A DNA stretch of 64,000 nucleotides from an uncultured Bacilli bacterium (GCA_934162445.1 CAKPIT010000002.1:11101-75100), one strand, 5' to 3'. Shown: positions 48,665-58,925, numbered from the stretch's first letter. Notes: generated by a model from the letters alone, not told the origin. Numbers and translations: made by a program.

Positions 48665-49513
48665 ATGGATTTAGAAGTTAAAGAAGTTCAACCAAAGTTT
48701 TATGATAATGTAACTAATATGTTTTTGAAAAATACTTTATCACATGCTTTTTTAATTGAAACTAATAATAATGAAATGGATGTTATTAAAACATGTGTTC
48801 TTTTTTTAGTTAAGAAACTTTATGAGTATTCATATCAAAATGGCGATGTTTTAATTGCTAAAGAAAAACTTTTTCATTTGATTGATGAGGGAGAATTTCC
48901 TGATTATTTAGAAATTTATCCTAAGGATAATATTATTAGAAAAGAACAATTATTGATGGTAAAAAATGATTTTGTAAATAAGTCATTATATAATACTTTT
49001 AAAATATATTGTGTGTTTGAGGCTGAAAAAATGAATGTTAATGCCGCTAATACTATTTTGAAGTTTTTGGAAGAACCTAATTCTTTTGTAATAGGTATTT
49101 TTGTTACTTCTAACTCTTATAACATAATTGATACTATTAAAAGCAGATGCCAACTTATATCTTTGTATGGCCATAATGATAATTCTTTAGTAACGGAATC
49201 AGTATATTTAGATTTTTTTAATGATATTGATAAAAAAAATGAGAAAGATTTAATGCTTAATTTTAATAAATATGTTAATTCTTTATTTCAAAATAAACCT
49301 GACGCTATTAAGACTATTCATGTTTGTTTACAATATTATAAAGGTCTTTTGGATAAAAATAAGGAAAATTATGATAGTAGGACCGAACTTATATCTATCA
49401 TAAGTATTTTTCAAGAAAAGTTGAAGAATTTGAATAATAATGTTAATATGAAGTTGTGGTTAGATGACTTGTTATTATCACTTATGGAGGTAAAAAAATA
49501 TGAAAGCATTTAA
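48665..49513 (+). CDS. holB: DNA polymerase III subunit delta'
   Basis: LSHAFLIE, ANTILKFLEEP, IKSRCQ. Confidence 0.88.
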   Translation: MDLEVKEVQPKFYDNVTNMFLKNTLSHAFLIETNNNEMDVIKTCVLFLVKKLYEYSYQNGDVLIAKEKLFHLIDEGEFPDYLEIYPKDNIIRKEQLLMVKNDFVNKSLYNTFKIYCVFEAEKMNVNAANTILKFLEEPNSFVIGIFVTSNSYNIIDTIKSRCQLISLYGHNDNSLVTESVYLDFFNDIDKKNEKDLMLNFNKYVNSLFQNKPDAIKTIHVCLQYYKGLLDKNKENYDSRTELISIISIFQEKLKNLNNNVNMKLWLDDLLLSLMEVKKYESI

Positions 49514-50288
49514 GATTTATTATCCAAATGAATTACTTACTGATGTTGATTTTGTTTTAATTCCTTCAAATATATTAGTTAAGGAATCAGGACAAATAAT
49601 TGTGGAAAATGATGGAATGTATAAATTGGCAGTTGTTTTGAAAAATGTTGATTGTAATGAGAAAGATATAAATACTAAATTTGTTAGAGTTGCTACTAAG
49701 AAAGATCTTAATCAAGAAAAGCATAATGTTATTGATAGTAGTGAAGTTCTTGCTTTTGCACAGGAAAAAGCTACTTCATTGGAGCTTAATATGCATTTTA
49801 TTTCTTCTTTTTATACGTTTGATCGAAAGCAATTATTTATTTATTATGTTTCTGATAATAGGGTTGATTTTAGAGAACTTGCTAAAATTTTAGCTCAAGA
49901 ATATAAAACGAGAATTGAACTTAGGCAAATAGGGGTAAGGGATCGATCAAAAAAAATAGGAGGTTTAGGTCCTTGTGGATTGTTTCTTTGCTGTAGTAAT
50001 TTTTTAAATGATTTTGCTAGTGTATCTATTAATATGGCTAAAAATCAATTTTTGGCACTTAATCCTTCAAAAATAAATGGTTTGTGTGGGCGACTTTTAT
50101 GTTGTTTAAATTATGAAGATGATGTTTATACAGAATTAAAGAAGGGACTTCCTAATATTGGCAGTCTTGTGGAAACTGAAGAAGGACTTGGTAAGGTAAC
50201 GGAAGTTAATGTGTTTAAACGTTCGTATAAAGTGGAAATTAAGAATAAAGGAATAGTGGAGAAGGTTGTAAATGGAGAAGCTTCTTAG
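49500..50288 (+). CDS. ricT: PSP1-domain protein RicT/YaaT
   Basis: RELAKILAQEYKTRIELRQIGVRD...GPCGLFLCC...CGRLLCCLNYE. Confidence 0.92.
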   Translation: MKAFKIYYPNELLTDVDFVLIPSNILVKESGQIIVENDGMYKLAVVLKNVDCNEKDINTKFVRVATKKDLNQEKHNVIDSSEVLAFAQEKATSLELNMHFISSFYTFDRKQLFIYYVSDNRVDFRELAKILAQEYKTRIELRQIGVRDRSKKIGGLGPCGLFLCCSNFLNDFASVSINMAKNQFLALNPSKINGLCGRLLCCLNYEDDVYTELKKGLPNIGSLVETEEGLGKVTEVNVFKRSYKVEIKNKGIVEKVVNGEAS

Positions 50289-50961
50289 TTTTGATTATAA
50301 TGGTGTTTATCGAGATTTGTATTGTAATGATAATTATTTTAAAGTAACAACTGATAATTTGTGTTTAACTAATTTTATTAAGTTAAGACCTAGTGATAAA
50401 TTATTAGTTGATTTTGGTAGTGGTTTATTTATTATTCCAATATTATTATCTTGTAAATACGATGTTAAAATCATAGGAGTTGAACTTGATAATGAGGCTT
50501 GTTTATTGGCTCATAAAAGTATTGTAAAAAATAAATTGGAGAAACAGATTACGGTTATCAATGATAAGATTCAAAATGTTAGAAATTATTTTGATATTAA
50601 TAGTGTATCAGTGGTTGTTTCTAATCCACCTTATTTTGGGTCTGGTAAGATAAGTCCTAATTCTATTAAGGCTTTGGCACGACATGAATTAGGGATGTCA
50701 TTTGATGATGTCTTGAAATATGCTAATTTGATTTTGAAAGACAAAGGTCGATTTTATTTTGTTTATCGAGTTGAGAGATTAGGAGATATTCAAGAATTAC
50801 TTAGAAAATATAATTTTTCTTTAAAAAGAATTCAAATTATATATCCAAGTGCTTATAAAAGAGCTAAACTAGTTTTAGTGGAAGCGTGCAAAAATGGTAG
50901 AATAGATGGCTTGATAGTGGAGAGGCCAATAATTCTTGAGGGAGGTGCTGAAAATGTCTGA
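50272..50961 (+). CDS. tRNA1(Val) (adenine37-N6)-methyltransferase-like (YabB/TrmN6)
   Basis: DFGSG SAM motif, SNPPYF, synteny. Confidence 0.8.
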   Translation: MEKLLSFDYNGVYRDLYCNDNYFKVTTDNLCLTNFIKLRPSDKLLVDFGSGLFIIPILLSCKYDVKIIGVELDNEACLLAHKSIVKNKLEKQITVINDKIQNVRNYFDINSVSVVVSNPPYFGSGKISPNSIKALARHELGMSFDDVLKYANLILKDKGRFYFVYRVERLGDIQELLRKYNFSLKRIQIIYPSAYKRAKLVLVEACKNGRIDGLIVERPIILEGGAENV

Positions 50962-51781
50962 TGTTAGTTTATATTTAATTCCTACACCGGTTGGAAATTA
51001 TCTTGATATTACACTTAGGGCTATTGACACTTTAAAAATGGTAGATCTTGTTTTATGCGAGGATACAAGGGAAACTTCTAAATTATTATCTAAATATGAT
51101 ATAAAGAAAAAATTAGTTAGTTGCCATGAATTTAATGAAAATAGTATGAAAAATAAGGTGTTGGAATATTTAAATCAAGGTCTTAATATTGGCCTTGTAA
51201 CTGATCAAGGAACACCATTGATTAGTGATCCGGGTTATAGAGTGGTATCATTTATAGTGGAGCATGGATATAATGTAGTTAGTTTGCCGGGAGCCACGGC
51301 TTTTGTACCAGCGTTAACTCTTTCAGCTTTACCAGTAGAGCATTTCCTTTTTTATGGTTTTTTAAATTCTAAGAGTTCGAAACGAAAAAGTGAATTAGCA
51401 TCACTTAAGAATTATCCATATACTCTTGTTTTTTATGAGGCTCCTCATCGGTTAGTTACAACACTTAATGATATGAAGGAGATATTAGAAGATAGAAAAA
51501 TCTGTGTAGTTAAAGAAATAAGTAAAAAATATGAGACAGTAATTAGAGGTAAAATTAGTGATATTTTGGTGAGTAATTTTGAAATTAAAGGCGAATTTGT
51601 TTTAGTTGTTGAGGGTAATTCAACTGATTATGATTATAGTAATTTATCTATTAAAGATCATGTTAATTTATATATTGCTGATGGTATGTTACCTAATGAG
51701 GCAATTAAGAAAGTAGCTAAAGAACGTCATGAAGTTAAGTCTTTAATTTATAATGAGTATCATAAGGATGGTGATTGTTAA
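50954..51781 (+). CDS. rsmI: 16S rRNA (cytidine1402-2'-O)-methyltransferase RsmI
   Basis: LYLIPTPVGN...CEDTR...SDPG; GGAGG RBS before 50954. Confidence 0.94.
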   Translation: MSDVSLYLIPTPVGNYLDITLRAIDTLKMVDLVLCEDTRETSKLLSKYDIKKKLVSCHEFNENSMKNKVLEYLNQGLNIGLVTDQGTPLISDPGYRVVSFIVEHGYNVVSLPGATAFVPALTLSALPVEHFLFYGFLNSKSSKRKSELASLKNYPYTLVFYEAPHRLVTTLNDMKEILEDRKICVVKEISKKYETVIRGKISDILVSNFEIKGEFVLVVEGNSTDYDYSNLSIKDHVNLYIADGMLPNEAIKKVAKERHEVKSLIYNEYHKDGDC

Positions 51782-52347
51782 TGAAATTAGTTGTTGGTTT
51801 AGGAAATCCTACAAAACAATATGATAAGACCCGACATAATATGGGATTTATGGTACTTGATCAATATGTTAAACATTTAGGGTTAGACTTAGCTTTTAAG
51901 GAAAAATTTAATGCATTGTATTTGGAGACAATTATTAATAATGAAAAAATTATTTTTGTAAAACCGCTTACTTACATGAATAATTCTGGTTTGGCAGTAG
52001 CTTCATTTGCTAATTTTTATAAAATAGATGCTTCTGATATTTTGGTTATTAGCGATGATTTGGATCTATCTCTTTCTAAATTTAGATTAAGACCTTCTGG
52101 TAGTAGTGGTGGTCATAATGGTCTTAAGAGTATAATAACTTGTTTAAAAACAGATAAATTTAAAAGATTAAGGGTAGGTATTTCTGGTAATAATACTAAT
52201 GATGTAATTGATTATGTTCTTTCTAAGTTTAGTAAGGATGAACTTTTAGAAATTGATAAACTTTATGAAATCCTTATGAATGTTTTGGATGATTATTTTG
52301 TTTTATCTTTTTCTGATTTAATGAGTAAGTATAATAGGAAAGGATAA
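51781..52347 (+). CDS. pth: Peptidyl-tRNA hydrolase
   Basis: MKLVVGLGNP...TRHNMGF...GHNGLKS. Confidence 0.96.
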   Translation: MKLVVGLGNPTKQYDKTRHNMGFMVLDQYVKHLGLDLAFKEKFNALYLETIINNEKIIFVKPLTYMNNSGLAVASFANFYKIDASDILVISDDLDLSLSKFRLRPSGSSGGHNGLKSIITCLKTDKFKRLRVGISGNNTNDVIDYVLSKFSKDELLEIDKLYEILMNVLDDYFVLSFSDLMSKYNRKG

Positions 52348-52350
52348 GTT

Positions 52351-55300
52351 ATGAGACTTTTTGATAATTTATTTGATAAGATTTATACTGATGATGTGGC
52401 TCTTACTGGGTTAACTAGTGAACTTTTTTCTTTGTATGTTAATGAGTTGAACAAAAAACGTAATGTTTTAATTGTTACTTCATCACTTATTGAGGCTAAT
52501 AATTTATATCAGAGTATCAGTAATTATACTTCTTCAGTTTTTTTATTTCCAATGGATGATTTTTTGACTAGTGAAGCGATGGCTATAAGTCCTGATTTGA
52601 TGATTACAAGGCTTGAAACTTTGCAATCTGTTGCATCAGTTTCTAATGCTATTATTATTACTAATTTAATGGGATATTTACGTTTTTTACCTACTAAGAA
52701 TGAATATATTAATAGTATTTTATCTTTAACAATTGATGATATAATTGAACCACAAAAGTTAGTTGAAAAATTGTTTAGATTAGGTTATTCAAGAACAACA
52801 TTAGTTACAAAAACTGGTGAAGTGGGGGTAAGAGGATTTGTTATAGATGTTTTTCCAATTGGTGAGGATAATCCAGTTAGAATTGAGTTTTTTGGAGATC
52901 AAATTGAATCAATTCGTTATTTTGATATTACGACACAAAAATCATTAGAAAAAATAAATAAGATATCTATATATCCTTGTACAGAAGTTTTTGCTAGAGA
53001 TAAAGATATTCCTGTTGATAAATTAAAAAGTAAATATTTAAGTGAATATGTAGATGTTACAAATATTACAAATTATCTTTTAAATCCAACAGTTATTTAT
53101 AAAGATAAAGATGCTTTAATTTTAAACTATAAAAACATATGTGAAGATGTTTTAGAGTATAAAAATAGTCAAGATACTACATTTAAAGGAAACTATATGT
53201 TTAGTTTTGATGAAGCTTTAATTCCTGATGCTATTAATTATTTAAGTGTTGACAATTTGGATAATTATATGAAGACGGTGGATTTTGGTAGTAAATCTTT
53301 ACCTTTATTTAATGATAATATTGAAGCTATTACTAAGTTTATTAGAGAAAAACTATATAGCAATTATACGGTTGTTGTGTGTTTAAAGGATTATCAGGCT
53401 ATTAGTTTTCAAAAGAAAATAAATTTACCTTGTGTAGTAACAACTTTTGATGAAGTTTATGATAATAAATTAAATTTGGTATCATTTGAAATGATGGAAG
53501 GATTTAGTTATAGAAATTATATATTTTTAACGGCTAAAGAATTATTTAAATCTCATGATAATGTAAGACGATATAAAACAAGATTTAGGTATACTTCAAA
53601 AATTACGGATTTAAATAAACTTGAAGTGGGAGATTATGTTGTTCATCAGATTCATGGAATAGGTATTTATAACGGATTGAAAACACTTAATCAAAATGGT
53701 TATTTAAAAGATTATATCGAAGTTTTATATCAAGATAATGATAAGTTATATATTCCAGTTGAAAAAATAGATTTTCTTTATAAGTATACGGGTAAGGAAG
53801 GATTTAAACCGGTTATTTCTAAACTTGGTGGTAAAGGTTTTGAAAAGATTAAGAATAGAGTTCGTAATAAGATAGAAGATATGGCTTCTTCTCTTTTAAG
53901 AATGCAAGCTTTAAGAGAACAACAAAAGGGGTTTGCTTTTTCTAAGGATAGTGTTTTACAAAAGCAGTTTGAAGATGATTTTCCATATACGGCTACTGCT
54001 GATCAATTACTTGCTACTAAACAAATAAAGGAGGATATGGAAAAGGCAGTTCCTATGGATAGATTATTAGTTGGGGATGTAGGATTTGGAAAAACGGAAG
54101 TAGCTTTTAGAGCTGCGTTTAAGGCTATTTTGGATAATAAACAGGTATTATTTTTGTGTCCAACAACAATTTTATCAAGTCAACACTATAATAGTGCTCT
54201 TGAACGATTTAAGAATTTTCCAATTAATATTGCTCTTTTAAATAGGTTTACAACGCCTAGTTTAAGAGCTAAGATTTTAGAAGGGTTATCCACAGGAACT
54301 ATTGATATGGTTATTGGAACTCATAGAATTCTTAGTAATGATATTAAACCACATGATTTAGGACTATTAATTATTGATGAAGAGCAACGGTTTGGAGTTA
54401 AACATAAGGAAAAGATTAAAGAATATAAGAGCTCAATTGATGTTTTAACACTTACTGCTACTCCAATTCCACGAACTTTACAAATGTCAATTGTAGGACT
54501 TAGGAGTTTATCACTTATAGAAACTCCACCACTGGAACGATATCCTATTCAAACTTATGTTATTGCTTATAATAAACATTTAATTAAAGAGGCTATTTTA
54601 AAAGAAATGTCTCGTAAAGGTCAAGTTTTTATTTTATATAATAATATAGATAATATTGATTTTTTAATTAAGATGTTAGAAGAGTTAGTTCCGTTAGCAA
54701 GATTTACTTCGGCTCATGGAAGAATGAATAAAAATGAAATTGAAAGTGTGATGGAAAACTTTATTAATTATGAGGCTGATGTTCTTGTTTGCACTACTAT
54801 AATTGAAACTGGTATTGATATACCAAATGTTAATACTTTAATAATTTTAGATGCTGATCACTTTGGTCTTAGTCAGTTGTATCAAATTAGAGGAAGAGTG
54901 GGAAGAAGTAATAAAATTGCTTACTGTTATTTGATGTATCAAGGTCAAAAAGTGTTGACGGAAACGGCTATGAAAAGGTTGGAAGTTATTAAGGAGTTTA
55001 CTGAACTTGGAAGTGGTTTTTCGATTGCTACTCGTGATTTGTCTATAAGAGGAGCAGGGGATATTCTTGGGAGTGAACAGGCTGGTTTTATTGATAGTGT
55101 CGGAATTGATTTATATTTAAAAATGTTAAATGATGAGGTTAGTCGTCTTAAAGGAGAGATACCTAGTGATGATGATGAAGCTTTAAATGATGTTAAAACT
55201 CTTAAAAATATTACTACTCATATTAGTGATGATTATGTTAGTGATAAAGATATTAAAATTATGATTCATCGTATGATTGGGGAAATTGATAGTAAAGAAA

Positions 55301-55632
55301 AACTTTTGGAAGTTAAAAGTAATCTTGAGGATAGATTTGGTAAATTAAATGAAGATATGTTAATTTACATGTATGAAGAATGGTTTGAAAAATTAATTAA
55401 ACAAGTGATGGTTAGTAATGTAAAAGAATCTAAAAATACTATTGAACTTTATTTTAATAGTGAGGTTGTTAAAAATATTAATGTAGAAGAGTTATTTACT
55501 AATGCTTATTTAATAACGCCAATGTTTAGATTTAAGAGTAAAGGGGGAGATTTAACAATTATTTTGGATATTGTTAAATTAGAAAAACATCCAATTTATT
55601 ATTTGGTGGAACTTTTAACGAAGATGGTTTAA
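52351..55632 (+). CDS. mfd: Transcription-repair coupling factor
   Basis: CarD-like domain (GDYVVHQIHGIG), SF2 helicase GDVGFGKTE / DEEQRFG, TRG motif. Confidence 0.97.
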   Translation: MRLFDNLFDKIYTDDVALTGLTSELFSLYVNELNKKRNVLIVTSSLIEANNLYQSISNYTSSVFLFPMDDFLTSEAMAISPDLMITRLETLQSVASVSNAIIITNLMGYLRFLPTKNEYINSILSLTIDDIIEPQKLVEKLFRLGYSRTTLVTKTGEVGVRGFVIDVFPIGEDNPVRIEFFGDQIESIRYFDITTQKSLEKINKISIYPCTEVFARDKDIPVDKLKSKYLSEYVDVTNITNYLLNPTVIYKDKDALILNYKNICEDVLEYKNSQDTTFKGNYMFSFDEALIPDAINYLSVDNLDNYMKTVDFGSKSLPLFNDNIEAITKFIREKLYSNYTVVVCLKDYQAISFQKKINLPCVVTTFDEVYDNKLNLVSFEMMEGFSYRNYIFLTAKELFKSHDNVRRYKTRFRYTSKITDLNKLEVGDYVVHQIHGIGIYNGLKTLNQNGYLKDYIEVLYQDNDKLYIPVEKIDFLYKYTGKEGFKPVISKLGGKGFEKIKNRVRNKIEDMASSLLRMQALREQQKGFAFSKDSVLQKQFEDDFPYTATADQLLATKQIKEDMEKAVPMDRLLVGDVGFGKTEVAFRAAFKAILDNKQVLFLCPTTILSSQHYNSALERFKNFPINIALLNRFTTPSLRAKILEGLSTGTIDMVIGTHRILSNDIKPHDLGLLIIDEEQRFGVKHKEKIKEYKSSIDVLTLTATPIPRTLQMSIVGLRSLSLIETPPLERYPIQTYVIAYNKHLIKEAILKEMSRKGQVFILYNNIDNIDFLIKMLEELVPLARFTSAHGRMNKNEIESVMENFINYEADVLVCTTIIETGIDIPNVNTLIILDADHFGLSQLYQIRGRVGRSNKIAYCYLMYQGQKVLTETAMKRLEVIKEFTELGSGFSIATRDLSIRGAGDILGSEQAGFIDSVGIDLYLKMLNDEVSRLKGEIPSDDDEALNDVKTLKNITTHISDDYVSDKDIKIMIHRMIGEIDSKEKLLEVKSNLEDRFGKLNEDMLIYMYEEWFEKLIKQVMVSNVKESKNTIELYFNSEVVKNINVEELFTNAYLITPMFRFKSKGGDLTIILDIVKLEKHPIYYLVELLTKMV

Positions 55633-55640
55633 TCTTTAAC

Positions 55641-55669
55641 TTGACTAAATATCTGATAGTTGCTATTCT
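55641..55669 (+). promoter_or_regulatory. Candidate SigA promoter for the 55692 ORF
   Basis: TTGACT, 17-nt spacer, TATTCT. Confidence 0.45.
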
Positions 55670-55691
55670 TAATTAAGAATTGGAGGAAGTT

Positions 55692-56321
55692 ATGACTGGT
55701 GATGATATTTTAAAACAGCATAAACAAATTTTTGTTGAAGCAAGTCGGGAACTTGTTATAAATAACACTTTGTCTTTAGTAGAGGATGATATAATTAAAG
55801 GTGTTATTACGCCGCCACTTGATACAATGGATTTAATTAAACAGCGAATTTTGAATATAGCTAAAAATAATAAAATAATCTTAAAAACTGATAGTTTTAA
55901 TAAATATTTAAATAATTATAAAAGTAGTTTAAGTGAATATTTTCATGAATTTGGTAAGAAAAGACAAGATTTTATATGTAATTATTTAGATAAATTTGAT
56001 GATGAAAAGCCTCTAAATTTAGTAAAGGGACTAAATAGGGAACTTATTAAGTTTAATAAAGAATTAAAGAAGGAAAGTAAAAACTTTATTGTGGTTAATC
56101 TTGATAAGGAAATAATTAAAAATATAGATAAAATATCTGATGATGGTAATTTAAAATTTAAAAAGGAAGCGTTGAAATATTTACAAAGTCTTTATGTTAA
56201 ACAACTATTGGAGGCTTTGGAAATGAAACTGCTTGTTAAAGATACAATACTTTTAAATAGTTTAAAAGAACAAATTGAAAGGTTTGTTTTTACAAAAGAA
56301 AATTCTCATTTATTTGATTAA
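55692..56321 (+). CDS. Hypothetical protein (predicted helical, K/N/E-rich, no recognised motif)
   Basis: GGAGG RBS 5 nt before the ATG at 55692; own promoter; no signal peptide or TM segment. Confidence 0.6.
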   Translation: MTGDDILKQHKQIFVEASRELVINNTLSLVEDDIIKGVITPPLDTMDLIKQRILNIAKNNKIILKTDSFNKYLNNYKSSLSEYFHEFGKKRQDFICNYLDKFDDEKPLNLVKGLNRELIKFNKELKKESKNFIVVNLDKEIIKNIDKISDDGNLKFKKEALKYLQSLYVKQLLEALEMKLLVKDTILLNSLKEQIERFVFTKENSHLFD

Positions 56322-56460
56322 ATGGAGTTTTTTTTAATTGGAAATAATTACCAAGGAAAAATGCTTCGTCTTATGTTTATAATATCAATAGAAGAGTATA
56401 TTGGATGGTATAAAATGGGTAGATATTGGAACAATAAATACTATAAAGGAAGGAGCATGT

Positions 56461-57003
56461 ATGAAAACAACAGGTGTAGTGAGAAAAATAGATGATTTGG
56501 GCAGAATAGTAATACCAAAAGATATTAGAAAAAATCTTAGAATAAGAGATGGTGAATCATTAGAATTTTTTGTTGATCGGGAAACAATAACTTTAAAAAA
56601 ATTTTCTACAAGTGCAAGTTTATGTGATATAGCTCAAGTACTTTCTGATACTATTTATACAACAACGAATAAATGTATTTTTGTTACAGATCGTGATAAG
56701 TTTATTGCTGGATGTGGTGATTTAAAAAAAACTTTTTGTGATTTTAATATTTCGAGTGTTTTAGAAGAAACTTTATTTAATAACGAAAATATAACTAAAC
56801 AGTCTTCTTTTGGGAAAGATTTGGTTACTAATAATCATGTGGAAAATGTGGTATATAAATATATTGTTAGTCATATTTTAGTTGATGGGGTAACGATTGG
56901 TTTAGTATTAATGTTAAATGATACAGGAAAGAATTTTACGGTTGAGGATGAACATTTGATTCAAATAATTGCTAATTTTCTATCAAAATATCTTGAAGAT
57001 TAA
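56461..57003 (+). CDS. spoVT: Stage V sporulation protein T (AbrB-type SpoVT N-domain + GAF-like C-domain)
   Basis: MKTTGVVRKIDDLGRIVIPKDIRKNLRIRDGESLEFF; about 180 aa; GGAGCA RBS; located after mfd as in Bacillus. Confidence 0.9.
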   Translation: MKTTGVVRKIDDLGRIVIPKDIRKNLRIRDGESLEFFVDRETITLKKFSTSASLCDIAQVLSDTIYTTTNKCIFVTDRDKFIAGCGDLKKTFCDFNISSVLEETLFNNENITKQSSFGKDLVTNNHVENVVYKYIVSHILVDGVTIGLVLMLNDTGKNFTVEDEHLIQIIANFLSKYLED

Positions 57004-57039
57004 AAAAAGTTATGGTAGACTAATGATGTTTAAATGTTG

Positions 57040-57256
57040 TGATGGAGAGATTTGTAATAATTCTTTTCTAAAGAGACTTCTTGGTGGTGAAAATAGAAGG
57101 TTAAGGTATTATAAATTATGGCTCTTGAACTTTCATATTGATATGTAAGTATGAACGTTACTAAGCGTTAATTAGATTGAGTGTGCAAGATTTATTGTAA
57201 ATAAAGGTGGTACCGCGGTTTGTAATCGTCCTTTAGTTATAATGAATCTTTTTTTG
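57040..57256 (+). promoter_or_regulatory. T-box riboswitch leader (Met specifier) of metG
   Basis: GTGATGGAGAGA (GA/AG-bay) and GGTGGTGAAAA. Candidate AUG specifier at 57118-57120. T-box AAAGGTGGTACCGCG at 57203-57217. Terminator stem 57189-57207 pairs with 57230-57248 and is followed by a T-run. Confidence 0.85.
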
Positions 57257-57270
57257 AGGAGGAGAGAAAT

Positions 57271-58809
57271 ATGGAAAAATTTTATATGACAACTGCTATT
57301 GCATATACTTCAGGGAAACCACATATTGGTAATACTTATGAGATTGTTTTATCTGATGCGATAGCTAGATTTAAAAGAATGAAAGGGTATGATGTATTTT
57401 TTCAAACTGGAACTGATGAACATGGTTTGAAAATTGAGCAAAAGGCTAAGGAGGCTTCCGTTGAACCACAAGAATATGTAGATGAAGTAGCTAGTTCTAT
57501 TAAAAATATTTGGGATTTAATGGGAGCTAGTTATAATCAATTTGTAAGAACTACAGATCCTCATCATGTAGAGATGGTTCAAAAAATTTTTAAAAAGCTT
57601 TATGATCAAGGAGATATTTATAAAGGAACTTATGAGGGATGGTATTGTACGCCTTGTGAATCTTTTTTTACTGATAGTCAACTTGTAGATTCTAAGTGTC
57701 CTGATTGTGGCAGGGAAGTTAGTAAAGAAAAAGAAGAAGCCTACTTTTTTAGAATGAGTAAGTATCAAGATCGTCTTTTAAAATATATTAATGAACATCC
57801 TGATTTTATTCAACCAGAATCAAGAAAAAATGAAATGATTAATAATTTCTTGAAACCGGGGTTACAAGATTTATGTGTAACACGAACAACGTTTAAATGG
57901 AGTATTCCGGTTACTTTTGATCCTAAGCATGTTATTTATGTTTGGATTGATGCTTTAACTAATTACATAACTTTTATTGGTTATGATCCAGATGGATCTA
58001 GTGATTTATTTAAAAAATTGTGGCCAGCAGATTTACATATTATTGGAAAAGATATTTTAAGATTCCATACAATTTATTGGCCAATTATTTTAATGGCTTT
58101 GGATTTACCACTTCCTAAGAAAATATTTGGTCATCCATGGTTACTTACCAATAATGATAAAATGAGTAAGAGCAAGGGAAATGTTATTTATGCAGATTCT
58201 TTAGTTGATTTATTTGGAGTAGATGCTGTTAGATATTATTTACTTAAAGAAATTCCTTATGCCAATGATGGTAATATCAGTTACAGTTTGCTAATTGATG
58301 TTATAAATAATGATTTGGCTAATACTCTTGGTAATTTAGTACAAAGAACAATAAGTATGGCTAATAAGTATTTTAATTCAAAGGTTCATAATACTAAAGT
58401 ATATGAAGATGTTGATACTAAACTTATTGCAAAAATTAATGATTTAGCTTCGAAGATGGAAGAAGCGATGAATGACTTGAAAGTTGCCGATAGTATAGAA
58501 TATGTTTTTGATCTTTTACGTAGTAGTAATAAATATATTGATGAAACAATGCCTTGGGTTCTTGCTAAAGATGCTACTAAAAAAGATAGGTTGGAGTGTG
58601 TTCTTTATAATTTATTGGAAGCAATTAGGGTTTCAGCTCTTAGTTTAGAGTTTGCAATGCCTAGTGCTAGTTCAAAAATATTAGAGCAATTAAACAATAC
58701 TTCTTCTTTACCTAGTTATTTAGACGATAATAATTATGAAGTTTTAACACCAACACCAGTCTTTTTAAGAATTGATAAAGAAAAGTTTATGGCTGATAAT
58801 AATTTGTAA
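57271..58809 (+). CDS. metG: Methionine--tRNA ligase (short form, no C-terminal tRNA-binding domain)
   Basis: SGKPHIGN (HIGH), KMSKSKGN, zinc knuckle CPDCG. Confidence 0.97.
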   Translation: MEKFYMTTAIAYTSGKPHIGNTYEIVLSDAIARFKRMKGYDVFFQTGTDEHGLKIEQKAKEASVEPQEYVDEVASSIKNIWDLMGASYNQFVRTTDPHHVEMVQKIFKKLYDQGDIYKGTYEGWYCTPCESFFTDSQLVDSKCPDCGREVSKEKEEAYFFRMSKYQDRLLKYINEHPDFIQPESRKNEMINNFLKPGLQDLCVTRTTFKWSIPVTFDPKHVIYVWIDALTNYITFIGYDPDGSSDLFKKLWPADLHIIGKDILRFHTIYWPIILMALDLPLPKKIFGHPWLLTNNDKMSKSKGNVIYADSLVDLFGVDAVRYYLLKEIPYANDGNISYSLLIDVINNDLANTLGNLVQRTISMANKYFNSKVHNTKVYEDVDTKLIAKINDLASKMEEAMNDLKVADSIEYVFDLLRSSNKYIDETMPWVLAKDATKKDRLECVLYNLLEAIRVSALSLEFAMPSASSKILEQLNNTSSLPSYLDDNNYEVLTPTPVFLRIDKEKFMADNNL

Positions 58810-58835
58810 AATTTAGTGTAAACAGATAATTTAAT

Positions 58836-58867
58836 GGGATTAAAAATGTTTTAATTCCCTTTTTTTG
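58836..58867 (+). terminator. Intrinsic terminator after metG
   Basis: gggattaaaa...ttttaattccc followed by a T-run. Confidence 0.75.
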
Positions 58868-58925
58868 TGTTATATTTGGAGTGTAGTTTTTAGCAAGTAG
58901 TATTCAGGTTGTAGGAAAGGATAAG

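Noticed and set aside
56380-56440. Forespore sigma-F/G-type promoter upstream of spoVT (GTATA-N16-GGGTAGATAT)
   Set aside because: It matches the remembered consensus (GYATA ... GGnnAnAHTW or CATnnTA) only partially, and the spacing is off by one. I am not confident enough to annotate it.
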